Notes under the pieces: model-generated
The model's input: only the letters and a program-made list of their open reading frames with translations
What the model was told of the DNA's origin: nothing
Databases searched by the model: none
Shown here: one piece after another, positions 23,801 to 31,715 of the stretch
Layout of the letters: each line of letters opens with the position of its first letter
How positions within the stretch are numbered: position 1 is the first letter of the stretch
Translations under genes and position numbers: made by a program
Origin: an uncultured virus (IMG/VR IMGVR_UViG_3300031418_000012)
Lineage: Duplodnaviria; Heunggongvirae; Uroviricota; Caudoviricetes
IMG/VR virus record: IMGVR_UViG_3300031418_000012
Direction: 5' to 3' (one strand)
Length of the DNA: 64,000 bases

Positions 23801-24860
23801 TAAAGATATTATCAACACATCAGGTACTATCAGTCTTGTTCAGGATAACGATTTTAAAGTAGGTGAAAAAGTTATGGTCTTCACTCCAGAAGCTGAAGAT
23901 TATGATGTTCTAATGCAAGATAACACGTGGAAGACAATTCTACCAGTTGCAAACATTAAAACAGGCTCACGCCCACGTATTTTCACTGTTTCATCTGTAT
24001 CTGGTAACAGAATTCGCCTTGGTGGATTGAACTTTAGCAATACATATGACAGTAGTTCAGATATGTTAATGAACACATCACCAACTTCTATTAACATTGT
24101 TCGTATTACATCATTCGCTGATGCAGAATTCCTAAACGGAGCTGTACCAATGTATACAAATGATCGTTCTTACCGAGTAAGTATTCTTGATTATGACATG
24201 TTCTATGATAGAATGATTAAAAGTGAAACGTATTCTGATACATACTTAGATGATGATTATGACGCGATTTATGTTTCTAATGAAATTGTAGAGATTGACG
24301 GTAATGAAGTTGACCACGGATATTACCAACCAGTATACGGAAAAGGTGTACTAAGTGAACTAGTTCGTACTAAAATGGATGACAGTTTGCAAATCTTCGT
24401 TTACGAATATGCAGATATTAATCCTGTACTGAATGGTGCTACTTGGTCTTATACCGGAACTGTAGTTGATGGTGTTTATGTAAGTGACCATGACGCAACA
24501 CTAGTAGTAGCAATTTCTGATTCTATACAACATATGGGATACGTAGCAACTCCAACTAAGGTTGAAAGTACTACTATTAAGGATGGGGTATTAAGTTCTG
24601 CAAGTTCTGTTAAGTCAGACTTGATTTCAGTTAATAATGAAATTGTTCAGATTCGTGGTGCGGGTAACATGCTAAGAGGTATTTTCGGAACCTGTGAAGA
24701 AGATTACAAATCAGGAACTTCATATACTAAGCTAGGAGTTATTCTAGGAAGTGAGGATGAATTGGAAGTATACACCACCAATTACCCAAGCATTCCATTG
24801 AGTACCTTTAGTTCAGGATTGAAGGTGAATGGTTCAGTAGTTGGAGAACTAATCAAATAA
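14865..24860 (+). CDS. Giant (~3330 aa) virion structural protein, probable baseplate wedge (gp7 position)
   Basis: Uninterrupted 10 kb ORF with GGAG RBS and late promoter, directly after gp6; YFEEVKPYRTKIR recalls the KP/HP motif of wedge proteins. Confidence 0.6.
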   Translation: MANGFKFQPSKVSEAVNQKLFIKRLPEWMQSLEQIQMFSNDIIQQWFNPADEEIVDGYIGDRGSPAASGKIFLNELDAKRQEYQLSTAYVSHNSDTSVRSLQFYPDLVGYLEHYGALTENQARLLSGKFYSWTPPINPNKLQNYSSYLWDTENEYGISPDYIVMERGALNGNTWSLQNFWYTVGQSLPDGTVITEQSAQGTRFKRAQAPIIEYNKNIELMNYGTTFRGVVDYLSDSVKPEDIVQKNVSNNVRVDGHILQAGDRILFTSIGNPGENNRIYKVYIKQMADGTRVYGLVLDEDEETTERPTGEPLTGDVVLIRSGDTYENTSVYWNGRAWTTAQSKSGINTFPIFQLYDKNGIKLDNSTVYPSSTFSGSSLFGLKINFNYGLDKIYGKHVELSSYNYYVFENFLQTSRYNYNKAGAITEIPGLYFYNVIDANGQNLKSDWVRSEDESKQYVRQVPEVTKTSMYRVFNTVSEMNLFKSPIENMFAYVVENDTTYKYYKPSNSTFLRWNAITTVAVQSDRFEHTYELAQKINPTDSKESLDVFFNGTKTFDYTTTLNADGNVQSITMADGVTINEDSIIEIVTYSPTKVPDESLGVYQIPINLQNNPYNEFVDYIHQGEYTPHFLDIIGKNITEGSVNDLNNYELLLEKGLVDNSVGTKIIQNETSLLPLMLHSANENLDLFSAIIFTQYEYFRFKNKFTTQMMNMYQKDSAGFMAESASNIVDLIFSAINVGKDNNFPFALDNVGTNTTTSKTFIPTTPQFLGILKAYSPEKATYLHVGRDIGCYNIDHMGVASKAYRVVNGVDLMDDVIYELENRIFNSIDNTFKTVDYVPAMTTDFLRPTPYFNNTEYTLDEYIQLELRGYINFIATNGIENGTHDYDQSNWMTWNYTGTTYVVDGNPTNIPARGSWRAIYTDMYGTYRPDTHPWEMFGFTQRPDWFNQEYEPTKVRLGNDVSEYVYVYTAYVTNENGDLVPSGLWDTTSAKGDASTGTILHGARAGQYDQYKRFGKQPFELVSTGNFASDGEEIFELNLIAPEVLGLVSGALSHISEPWAYGDMGDMEFTYMNTPMYAYDRVMALLRAKPGQFANYFYDTKGSTVQKIKNDGSQFLYGETNKRLNFDSSTIVHGENKQRILGYQTWVSDYLIYQNKNVTTNYGDILRSSVINVGHRIGGFTKSDQLTFSSDSFGLVSQENQHIGLVKSSAFRDEVLSAVKIQWTGNGFSISGYDLVGAKLKYKLPNKTGRRVSITVGKRSVVHYNEYLNQYGEYEYGTLLKTFQEVYTFLCAYGEYLEESGWIFEDVSEDGVTQDWSVIGKDFISWSATSPVVGEYISVSPSTKNAKFGTTFGSVQSVTQFNGGVWSLLDDTNTGIRPYEIDTSRIGNVFSVRLVDDSEKNMSLIRVSVVAYEHAVVFDDTTIFGNSIYIPKYGVVHEMLKMYGYVTGSWNGRLEAKGFIILEAGTMPDFEKVVDDFRSYYDIDHPVDNVTLRNLARHLIGFQTRDYISQMITSDTSQIDFYRGFIRDKGTNQVFERVLRVSKSYNTDNYKALQEWAFKIGEYGNIYGKKHLQFQLINNEFAQEPQLFSFSDTATQDSTGNDIVYFGSQGVDSRWITRPKGTFAFPTRTGKSEAIHLPDIGPVTLDEVSYSTRDFDTAYSDRLSYISNTGNTPTSVWVLRDMDNNWNIFELENTGITLSSITPVVVDDTYPGNHCTLTLSAAHGMEDGDYFFFVDPSEYMPDLLKKETQYFTTGDSATSFVIPLDVTNTITFSDNNPVLYRYVNRFSTAQKQEYIDKKYSYAAPETTLFVRPTTYNSETNVTELYMNVYDPINGVIPGTIMADISYVSPVDPAKYNSDQETIQAWGSEKVGMVWWNTTNAFFMDYTRPLYDEDGNVDETKTTEYKRYNWGKLLPNSEINVYEWVASPVLPYQWDKYCTDQAKLNKDSTAWVPSGEAIEDYFSEFQEYDVSTNSYKTVYYFWVKNAIYVPKVKNRNKPCNELARTIQDPSLLNAPWFAPISTDSFIISGLQQEITDDKSVLSITYQNDATEVVKHEQFQLCREGQDYNFNPVIWDSMWNSLMSQETLPDGKVSELHYPTNKTGILPTETWFEDVIEARRNFVSAANEIYKTINVTTNSVVMDGVFNVKTVEDNPNLISFKVLNYNNELVINPAQDVFAENDAVLVNTTGTLPSPLDSTTVYFVHFDENNYIRLMNSPSTSGSTVYITLEDKGEGQHKMIKQSDYIESLGTSLDMSQYWTLADWYDDGYDENTSYTDETSIDVANQKNYQEGDVIRITDADGVWTLYVKTLSRNVVIWQAIARENSTVALNNQLFYGYEQYNADGSLSNVETNVRKALALLKNSFDTTQSRLVFEMVKYVHTEQTVVDWVFKTSYIYVIGLEQSLTQSANSVNLIEQIVEYFEEVKPYRTKIRSQIEQKTSNTDEMTGISNDLDPNGYVFVNGAWVKTEDDIWDHEYAQYNTTTSKWEIVGSLPAGFKSPSRAFQESYEMLVYDNFQCTPDEDLGTVLDLEKVNSSFMTNTNDILPVGSHYKLQRYSFTYPVIDTASINNNVLIGISALYSDIDTTLSLQDAIKAQLQSYKDDVEKSDKFIADLETVSSSVISSNPSVKVANEYNQYNTLANRRRLYTSLSNSSISQEVGCPFKGRVLTDNLNTRLPFGYAASNNETYGYTMYSRELYDKFVSLTKEANPTFTTDEINDYLVYEYGLYPWMYDMDDVNDSGNHTGKNYLDTLYVLTAMRNTYNPDNDDQFEIARQILKTPTIDMYCMVMIPRKLVKIKDVNTDQYLSVPMDVSLDTFMEDALIVNNDVVAMEDFNLDDIELDINNPLYDEIQDVITVSSKMYLNDANAFDSSGLESQTKDIVYSASGDVSTTKDPVFIDVSDINPLGNDAAQMRFTVSGYGYETAGNTQLKSQGNFQIEGYVVQNPYNTKEAIVSIPRYDQAIEYMQRDLISRSTIRYSYKIKDIINTSGTISLVQDNDFKVGEKVMVFTPEAEDYDVLMQDNTWKTILPVANIKTGSRPRIFTVSSVSGNRIRLGGLNFSNTYDSSSDMLMNTSPTSINIVRITSFADAEFLNGAVPMYTNDRSYRVSILDYDMFYDRMIKSETYSDTYLDDDYDAIYVSNEIVEIDGNEVDHGYYQPVYGKGVLSELVRTKMDDSLQIFVYEYADINPVLNGATWSYTGTVVDGVYVSDHDATLVVAISDSIQHMGYVATPTKVESTTIKDGVLSSASSVKSDLISVNNEIVQIRGAGNMLRGIFGTCEEDYKSGTSYTKLGVILGSEDELEVYTTNYPSIPLSTFSSGLKVNGSVVGELIK

Positions 24861-24861
24861 C

Positions 24862-24892
24862 AAAAAAGGGAGCCAATGGCTCCCTTTTCTTT
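24862..24892. terminator. Bidirectional terminator between convergent genes
   Basis: AAAAAAGGGAGCC-AAT-GGCTCCCTTTT. Confidence 0.85.
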
Positions 24893-27184
24893 TTATACTA
24901 GTTTAATTTCACCGTCGATTACATCAAAGTTAGCAACGCCACCTTTACGTAGAGAACCGATTAGAATCTCTTTCGATAGTGGAACGCGAATCTTATCATT
25001 GATGATACGTTTCATTGGACGAGCACCCATTCCTGGAGTTACACCCTTCTTAGCCAATTCTTCTTTCGCTGCGTCAGATAGTACTACACTAACACCGCGA
25101 CCATCTAGATCGGACTGTAGTTCTGCGATGAACTTGTCAACAACACTGATAATAACATCATGACCTAGTTCATTGAACTTGATCACACTGTCAATACGGT
25201 TGATGAACTCTGGTGGTAGATGTTTCTTAATTGCAGAATCCATACCATCATCGCCAGATGACTTCATACCCATTGATAGTACAGCAGAATCACGAGCACC
25301 TAAGTTAGTAGTCATAATGATAGTCACGTTGTCGAAATAAACGGTCTTACCATGTGAACCCGTTAAACGTCCTTCGTCCATAACCTGTAGGAAAGTTAGA
25401 AGTACTTTACGGTCTGCTTTCTCAATTTCATCAAGAAGAAGAATACAGTTAGGATGTTGTTCAACTTTATCTAGTAGAAGTCCGTTACCTGAATCATGAC
25501 CTACATAACCTGGAGGTGAACCGATTAGTTTAGATACGTTGTGCTCTTGAGCAAACTCTGACATATCGAAGCGAACGATTTCCTGACCCATTGCATCAGC
25601 TAGTGCTTTACTGATTTCAGTTTTACCTGTACCGGATGGTCCAACAAACATGAACGCACCTTGGATGGTATTTTTACCGCGTAAACCTGCACGAGCAACC
25701 ATCACGTTTTCTACTAACTTCTCAACCGCTTGGTCTTGACCGAATACACGGCTACGAAGATTATCAGCAAGATTTAACATGCGATCACTTTCTTCACACG
25801 CTACGATCTCTAGTGGAATGTTAGCTACACGAGATACTTCGTTAACAATGTCAGAACGTTCAATTACATCTGAAGGTTCAGCTTTGTTACGGTTACGTGC
25901 ACCAGCAGCATCTAGTAGATCAATTGCTTTATCTGGAAAACGTTTGTTCTGTAGATACTTACCAGATAGTTCTAAGATTGCATCAATTGCATCAGCAGAG
26001 AATACAGCACTGTGGAACTTTTCGTATGTTTCTTTAACGCCGTTTAGAATCTGACGAGTTTCATCTAAAGTTGGTTCAAGAATATCTACTTTCATGAAAC
26101 GACGCTGTAATGCTGCATCTTTTTCAATATGTTTACGATATTCATCGTAAGTTGTTGCACCGATAACACGGATTTCACCACGAGATAATGCTGGTTTTAA
26201 CATGTTGCTCATGTCCAAAGAACCTGAACCACTTGAACCTGCACCCATGATTGTGTGAATTTCATCAATGAATAGAATGACGTTTTCACGTTCTTTCAAT
26301 TCAGTAAGTAGCATATCAACACGTTCTTCAAACTCACCACGATACTTAGTACCAGCAGTGAATGCACCCATGTTCAAAGAAAGAATTTCAACATCTTTCA
26401 TTTCTTCTGGAACATCACCGTTTGCGATTTTTAATGCAAGACCATCTACGATTTGAGTTTTACCAACACCTGGTTCACCGACTAGAGCACCATTCTTCTT
26501 AGTCTTACGAGAAAGAATCTGGATTAGATCTGCTAGTTCAGTTTCACGACCGATTAGTGGATCTAGTTTACCAGCAGATGCCATTTCGGTTAGATTGGTT
26601 GTGTAGTTTTCGATTGTACGTTTTGGATCAACTTTAACATTTACTCCACCACGTTTGTTTGCTGCTGCTTCTGCTTTAGTTGGAACTTCGTCAGAAGTAC
26701 TGCTACGCAAATCAACATCGTAGTTAATGCTGTTGATATAGTTCTGTAGTTCACGTGCAACTGCTGTGCGGCTTAGATCAAGTTCTTCTAGTGCAGCGTC
26801 AAGTGCAGTATGTGGGAAAGACAGACATTCAAAAAGAATGAAAAACGCTTGGATAGTATAATCGTTTTCTTTAAGTTGTTCGATTACTGACTTTTTACGT
26901 AGTTCTACCATTACTTTAGTAACAATAGAAGATACTGGAGTCATATCTTTAGCAAGCTGTTCTTCAACTGAATACGGAAGTGCTGGGGTATTGAACTTCT
27001 CAAGATAATCAGTGATACGTGCTTTTAGTTTTTTGGCATTAATATCGTTGACGCTTAGAAATTCAACAATGCTTGGAATATCAAGAGCAATAACTGCTAA
27101 GTGGTCGATGGTCAACATATTATGACCCATGTCACGTGCTAGTTGCTCACCCTTTTGGAAAAAATCGTCGAAACTATAGCTCAT
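24893..27184 (-). CDS. clpA: ClpA-like Hsp100 AAA+ chaperone
   Basis: Clp-N region, two AAA modules (GEPGVGKT/IDEIH and GPSGTGKT/LDEIEK), GARP sensor, no ClpB M-domain; GGAG RBS supports ATG 27184. Confidence 0.9.
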   Translation of the reverse strand: MSYSFDDFFQKGEQLARDMGHNMLTIDHLAVIALDIPSIVEFLSVNDINAKKLKARITDYLEKFNTPALPYSVEEQLAKDMTPVSSIVTKVMVELRKKSVIEQLKENDYTIQAFFILFECLSFPHTALDAALEELDLSRTAVARELQNYINSINYDVDLRSSTSDEVPTKAEAAANKRGGVNVKVDPKRTIENYTTNLTEMASAGKLDPLIGRETELADLIQILSRKTKKNGALVGEPGVGKTQIVDGLALKIANGDVPEEMKDVEILSLNMGAFTAGTKYRGEFEERVDMLLTELKERENVILFIDEIHTIMGAGSSGSGSLDMSNMLKPALSRGEIRVIGATTYDEYRKHIEKDAALQRRFMKVDILEPTLDETRQILNGVKETYEKFHSAVFSADAIDAILELSGKYLQNKRFPDKAIDLLDAAGARNRNKAEPSDVIERSDIVNEVSRVANIPLEIVACEESDRMLNLADNLRSRVFGQDQAVEKLVENVMVARAGLRGKNTIQGAFMFVGPSGTGKTEISKALADAMGQEIVRFDMSEFAQEHNVSKLIGSPPGYVGHDSGNGLLLDKVEQHPNCILLLDEIEKADRKVLLTFLQVMDEGRLTGSHGKTVYFDNVTIIMTTNLGARDSAVLSMGMKSSGDDGMDSAIKKHLPPEFINRIDSVIKFNELGHDVIISVVDKFIAELQSDLDGRGVSVVLSDAAKEELAKKGVTPGMGARPMKRIINDKIRVPLSKEILIGSLRKGGVANFDVIDGEIKLV

Positions 27185-27223
27185 CGTGCTCTCCTTCGTT
27201 AAAATTTTATTCTGCACTTACAT

Positions 27224-27252
27224 ATTATAGCACAAAAGTTGAATCTGTTCCA
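27224..27252 (-). promoter_or_regulatory. Early/middle-type promoter for clpA
   Basis: TGGAACA-N16-TATAAT with TGTGC extended -10. Confidence 0.7.
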
Positions 27253-27254
27253 AA

Positions 27255-27262
27255 AATAAATA
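27255..27262 (+). promoter_or_regulatory. Late promoter AATAAATA
   Basis: TAAATA core upstream of neck genes. Confidence 0.65.
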
Positions 27263-27293
27263 CAATATAGATTTCTTTTTTGGAGATAAAAAA

Positions 27294-28775
27294 ATGTCTT
27301 ATAGAATGTGGAAAAAAGGTCGTACAAACGATTACAAGTTCATTGACAATGCGATTGGTGAACAATACAACATTGGTGGGGTTGATATGTGGCTCTATAC
27401 ATATCAGGGTCCAAAAGGCAATGAAGGAAGTACTGATTCGACGCTACCAGATTACAGCACAGGTAATGGCACTTTGTCAAGCTTAGGTGATTACGTTTTT
27501 GGCGAAACCACACAACGCTCATACAACGTACAGGCTATCACACTTCCTGCTGTTTATCAAGTACAAGAAGCAACTCCTGACCTAAAAATTCCAGGGCTAT
27601 TCTTTAACTTCGACACAATGGACATTACTGTGCATTACAACACAATGATGCAACGTGTAGGAAGAAAGATTATCGCTGGTGATGTAATAGAATTACCTAA
27701 CTTACGCGACTTCGATGTTATCGGTCGTGACACTGGTTTAAACCGTTTCTACGTAGTACAGGACGCTTTCAGGACGTCTGAAGGTTATTCCGCTACATGG
27801 CAACACCATATTTTTAAACTTCGTGTGAAGCCTCTGACGGACTCTCCTGAGTTCTCAGATATTACAGATCAAGATAGTAATGCTTTTCCTGATGACCCGA
27901 ATGATCCAAATAATGGAAATGGTAATGGTAGTCTAGGAAATAGTTCTGCTGGAACTGAGCTTGATATTATGAATCGTATCATACAACAAGCAGATTCAGA
28001 AGTACCATATATTCACTGGACTAACGAACACATTTACAATGATATTTCAGATATTAGTGAATTGTCAAGATATATCATCAGTGGTTACGATTTCCCTGTT
28101 AATCCTTCGAAGAACATGTTTTTCATAAAGAACACACTACCAGTACTTTATGAGAAAGATGCTGATTCAAACTGGACAATTGTACAAACATCATACGGTG
28201 CAAAACTACCACGTAAAGCTGAAGATTTTTCATTCTTCTTTGTGGAAGATGCGGCAAGCGTATCTGGTTATACATTATATCAGTACTACCTAAGTGATAA
28301 AAAATGGCTAAACTGTTTATTACCGTTTACTGAGGAAGACACTGTACCAGAAGATGCAGAAGACTTCTACTGTTATTATCATAAACCTCAACTTTATCAG
28401 GTTGAAGATGATGGGGTAACATGGGTAATTCCACCGGATTCACATAGTAATGTTCCGTTTACTACAAAAGATATTGCGGCAAACCGTACAAACCATGATG
28501 ACATGCGTCCGGCGATCCCACCTACACAAACTTCTGAAAACTCTGGTGACCAGTTCCCTAGTGACCCTTCAGATGGTGAGTACTTTTATCGTACTGACTA
28601 TGTACCACAGACATTATGGAAGTTCAATTCAGAAACTTCTTCGTGGTCACAATTCAACTACGGTGGTCGTTTACCGTGGACAGGTGCAAATCTAGAACAA
28701 ACTGCGTTCATCAATAGTCCAGATAGAGTATCTATCCAGGATGTTGTTAAACCTAACATCATTTATAAAAAATAA
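27294..28775 (+). CDS. Neck protein (gp14-like) with C-terminal extension
   Basis: DYVFGETTQRSY and GRKIIAGDVIELP head-closure-like N-terminus; upstream of gp15-like gene. Confidence 0.6.
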   Translation: MSYRMWKKGRTNDYKFIDNAIGEQYNIGGVDMWLYTYQGPKGNEGSTDSTLPDYSTGNGTLSSLGDYVFGETTQRSYNVQAITLPAVYQVQEATPDLKIPGLFFNFDTMDITVHYNTMMQRVGRKIIAGDVIELPNLRDFDVIGRDTGLNRFYVVQDAFRTSEGYSATWQHHIFKLRVKPLTDSPEFSDITDQDSNAFPDDPNDPNNGNGNGSLGNSSAGTELDIMNRIIQQADSEVPYIHWTNEHIYNDISDISELSRYIISGYDFPVNPSKNMFFIKNTLPVLYEKDADSNWTIVQTSYGAKLPRKAEDFSFFFVEDAASVSGYTLYQYYLSDKKWLNCLLPFTEEDTVPEDAEDFYCYYHKPQLYQVEDDGVTWVIPPDSHSNVPFTTKDIAANRTNHDDMRPAIPPTQTSENSGDQFPSDPSDGEYFYRTDYVPQTLWKFNSETSSWSQFNYGGRLPWTGANLEQTAFINSPDRVSIQDVVKPNIIYKK

Positions 28776-28783
28776 GGCTCATA

Positions 28784-30121
28784 ATGAAATTAAATTATTA
28801 CTACGACGGCCAATTTCGCCGTCTATTAAAACATCTTATCAGAGTCTTTGGTGAATTTCAAGTGAAAAATGGCGTTGATGACAACGGAAACCAGAAATAT
28901 AAAGTTGTTCCTGCTCGATATGCAGATATTTCTCGCTTAGCAGCAAACATCATTTCAGGAAACTCTGAGAACGTTATGCCTTCTGCACCATTAATTACAT
29001 TGAACGTTGGTAATTTGAAATTAGATCGTCAGGGGATTCGTTCTCCTGCATCTCATACGATGGTTATGGGAACTAACAAATCACCTGCTCCTAATGAATA
29101 TACCAAAGATCTTGATAAGCAATACCAAATAACCAGATATAACCCTACACCGTGGATTCTAACGTTTAATGTTAACATCTGGACTACGAACTTAACTAAC
29201 AAAATGGAATTGTTTGAACAGATTGCTACATTGTTCAATCCATCAATTCAGCTTCAATTGTCAGATAATCCTATGGATTGGACAAGTGCAGTAGACATAG
29301 AACTTAAAGATTGCCAATTCAGCACTCGTGGATTCCCACAAGGTACTGAGAGTGATTTAGACATTATGGTACTAACCTTTGAATGTCCTATCTGGTTAAG
29401 TCTGCCAGCAAATGTTAAACAAGCAAAATTAATCCAACAGATTGTAACTAACATCAATACTGCCAAGGATGAACTTGAGATTGATTTGGAAAATTACACT
29501 GACACAATAACTGACGTGTATACACCTAAGAACATGTGCATTCTGGTTGACCGTGTAGAAAGTGCAAATGCCATTGAAACATATGAGGTCACTTTGGTAA
29601 GTTCTAGTTTAAATACTCTATCAACAAATGGAAAAATATATTCATGGGATAGGTATCTTGATTATCTTGATCCTGCTTATGCAGAGAAAGAGTTGTATTT
29701 GAAATTCCAACAAGGAATTGAAGAAGTCAACCCAATCAAAGGACATGTAATCAAGCGTAGTACTGAAGAACAACCAAACAAAATGGTAGTTCAGGTAGAC
29801 ACTTCACTATATGATGTAAAGTACACGATTAAAGGTTTTGTGTATGATGTTGGACAATTAGACGGTGCATTACCTGAAGATTGTTTTGTTAACATCTCAG
29901 AACACAATATCATTTTTAAAGGTACAACAATCAGGCCAAATGAGTTATTCACAGTTAAGAATCATGACGTTCAGATTGTGGACGCGGCAACAATTGGTGG
30001 GTATGTTTATAATGGTGAGGATACACACTTCTACCGTTATAATGAAGTGTTTGGTTGGCACCAATCAGTACAGAACAAGTACCGTCAAGGATACTGGAGA
30101 ATAGCATTTAAAAGTGCTTAA
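28784..30121 (+). CDS. gp15: Tail sheath stabiliser / tail terminator (gp15-like)
   Basis: YYYDGQFRR, KVVPARYA, PTPWILTFNVNIW and EQIATLFNP motifs. Confidence 0.75.
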   Translation: MKLNYYYDGQFRRLLKHLIRVFGEFQVKNGVDDNGNQKYKVVPARYADISRLAANIISGNSENVMPSAPLITLNVGNLKLDRQGIRSPASHTMVMGTNKSPAPNEYTKDLDKQYQITRYNPTPWILTFNVNIWTTNLTNKMELFEQIATLFNPSIQLQLSDNPMDWTSAVDIELKDCQFSTRGFPQGTESDLDIMVLTFECPIWLSLPANVKQAKLIQQIVTNINTAKDELEIDLENYTDTITDVYTPKNMCILVDRVESANAIETYEVTLVSSSLNTLSTNGKIYSWDRYLDYLDPAYAEKELYLKFQQGIEEVNPIKGHVIKRSTEEQPNKMVVQVDTSLYDVKYTIKGFVYDVGQLDGALPEDCFVNISEHNIIFKGTTIRPNELFTVKNHDVQIVDAATIGGYVYNGEDTHFYRYNEVFGWHQSVQNKYRQGYWRIAFKSA

Positions 30122-30130
30122 GGATAAATT

Positions 30131-30598
30131 ATGACTAACGAAGCCGTGGGAGCTATTTTTCTGTCTAAGCGTACAGGACGTATGATGTTGAATTTGCGTT
30201 CTGACACAGTAACGTACCCTAATAATTGGGGCTTCGTTGGTGGTAAGATTGAGAATGGTGAAACGCCAATAGAAGCGTTGTACAGGGAGATATATGAAGA
30301 ATTAGGTGAATCAATACCTAAAATTGAAGATATTATTCCGTTTGACGTTTTCTGTACAAAGAACGAAAAGTTCAGATATTACTCTTTTGTTGTTATTGTT
30401 CAGGATGAATTTATTCCTGACCTTAATGATGAAAGTGCTGGTTATTCCTGGGTTAAAATCGGGAACTGGCCTAAACCCCTTCATCCTGGAGCTAAAAGTA
30501 CATTATACAATAATACTATTGTCAGCGACTTTAACTCTTTATGGGATTCAATAAAAAATGGCAGTCCGTTTAAAACGAATCTGCCATATATCTATTAA
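30131..30598 (+). CDS. Nudix hydrolase
   Basis: Nudix box GGKIENGETPIEALYREIYEELG. Confidence 0.9.
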   Translation: MTNEAVGAIFLSKRTGRMMLNLRSDTVTYPNNWGFVGGKIENGETPIEALYREIYEELGESIPKIEDIIPFDVFCTKNEKFRYYSFVVIVQDEFIPDLNDESAGYSWVKIGNWPKPLHPGAKSTLYNNTIVSDFNSLWDSIKNGSPFKTNLPYIY

Positions 30599-31705
30599 TT
30601 ATACCCCAACTGGTGGTATACCTGTCAATGTAAGCAACGCTGACCATTGTGTTAGCGTTGATTGCCCTGCATTCAAATCCGAAATTGTAGCATCAATTCT
30701 GAAACCTAAATGTTTAGAACTGTTTAATGAAGAAGTAACATATGAGTTATAATCAGCTTGTGTAGTTCCATTACCATTAGTTAGGCTGGCATCAACTCCA
30801 TTAATCACGACTGCAACTGACCATGTTTGGTCTATACTGTCAATAGTATCAACAATCTGAGTAAGTGAAGAAATTTTACGTGGGTCTGGAATTTGACTTG
30901 CGGTAGCAACACCATTAGTAATTGTACCTTCATTATCGACATAGAATGAACCACGGATAATCCAATCACTGTAAACACTTGGGAACGGAACGACTTCACC
31001 AGTAGAATCAGTATTCACAGTTCTTCCCATAATTTTCAATTCATAGAAATAGTTCGAACCGAACTGCAAAACACTTTCCCCATTTTGGAAGGTTACCCAT
31101 CCATCTGAATCAGTAATACTTGCTCCACCTAAGTTAAAGTAAGCAATCGTTTTTGTCGATGTATTTCTGGTGAATTCAATGTACTTCTTACCTGTATCGT
31201 AATTAATATCAAGCAATGACTCGTACTGTTTGTTTACTGGTCGAGTAGTTTGAATTTCACGCCACTCTTTATTCTTCATTAGTACTTTTAGTGAGTCACC
31301 ATTATTAGTTAACACCATACGACCCATAATAGAGGTATCTCCATCTGGAACGGTGTTGAATAATGTGATCATTGGAATACTAGCCCAATCAAGTTCAGTA
31401 TCAGGATTAGCTGGGTCTGGTTGCCTCGCTGAATCTTTTAGTGAAATTAGCAATTCACCAGTGCCAGAAGAATTCTTATACCAGATTTGACCTGGAACAG
31501 AACCACTTGGTCGTGTTTGACCAGCAAAGTTTTCTGCTAGCCATAATGCGTTTTCATTCCATGCCTGACCATAACCTACTTTATCACGACCGACCAAGTT
31601 GATCGGTACTGGATTACCATTAGGCTGATTCGGACCAAGAATTACGTTATTAGGAATGGTAGCATAAATCTTACCATTACTACGTTTAATTGTATATTGA
31701 ATCAT
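30599..31705 (-). CDS. Putative virion structural protein (fibre/baseplate-attached)
   Basis: LVGRDKVGYGQAWNENALWLAENFA..P..GQIWY N-terminal motif typical of large-myovirus tail proteins; late operon. Confidence 0.55.
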   Translation of the reverse strand: MIQYTIKRSNGKIYATIPNNVILGPNQPNGNPVPINLVGRDKVGYGQAWNENALWLAENFAGQTRPSGSVPGQIWYKNSSGTGELLISLKDSARQPDPANPDTELDWASIPMITLFNTVPDGDTSIMGRMVLTNNGDSLKVLMKNKEWREIQTTRPVNKQYESLLDINYDTGKKYIEFTRNTSTKTIAYFNLGGASITDSDGWVTFQNGESVLQFGSNYFYELKIMGRTVNTDSTGEVVPFPSVYSDWIIRGSFYVDNEGTITNGVATASQIPDPRKISSLTQIVDTIDSIDQTWSVAVVINGVDASLTNGNGTTQADYNSYVTSSLNSSKHLGFRIDATISDLNAGQSTLTQWSALLTLTGIPPVGV

Positions 31706-31715
31706 TTATTTTCCC

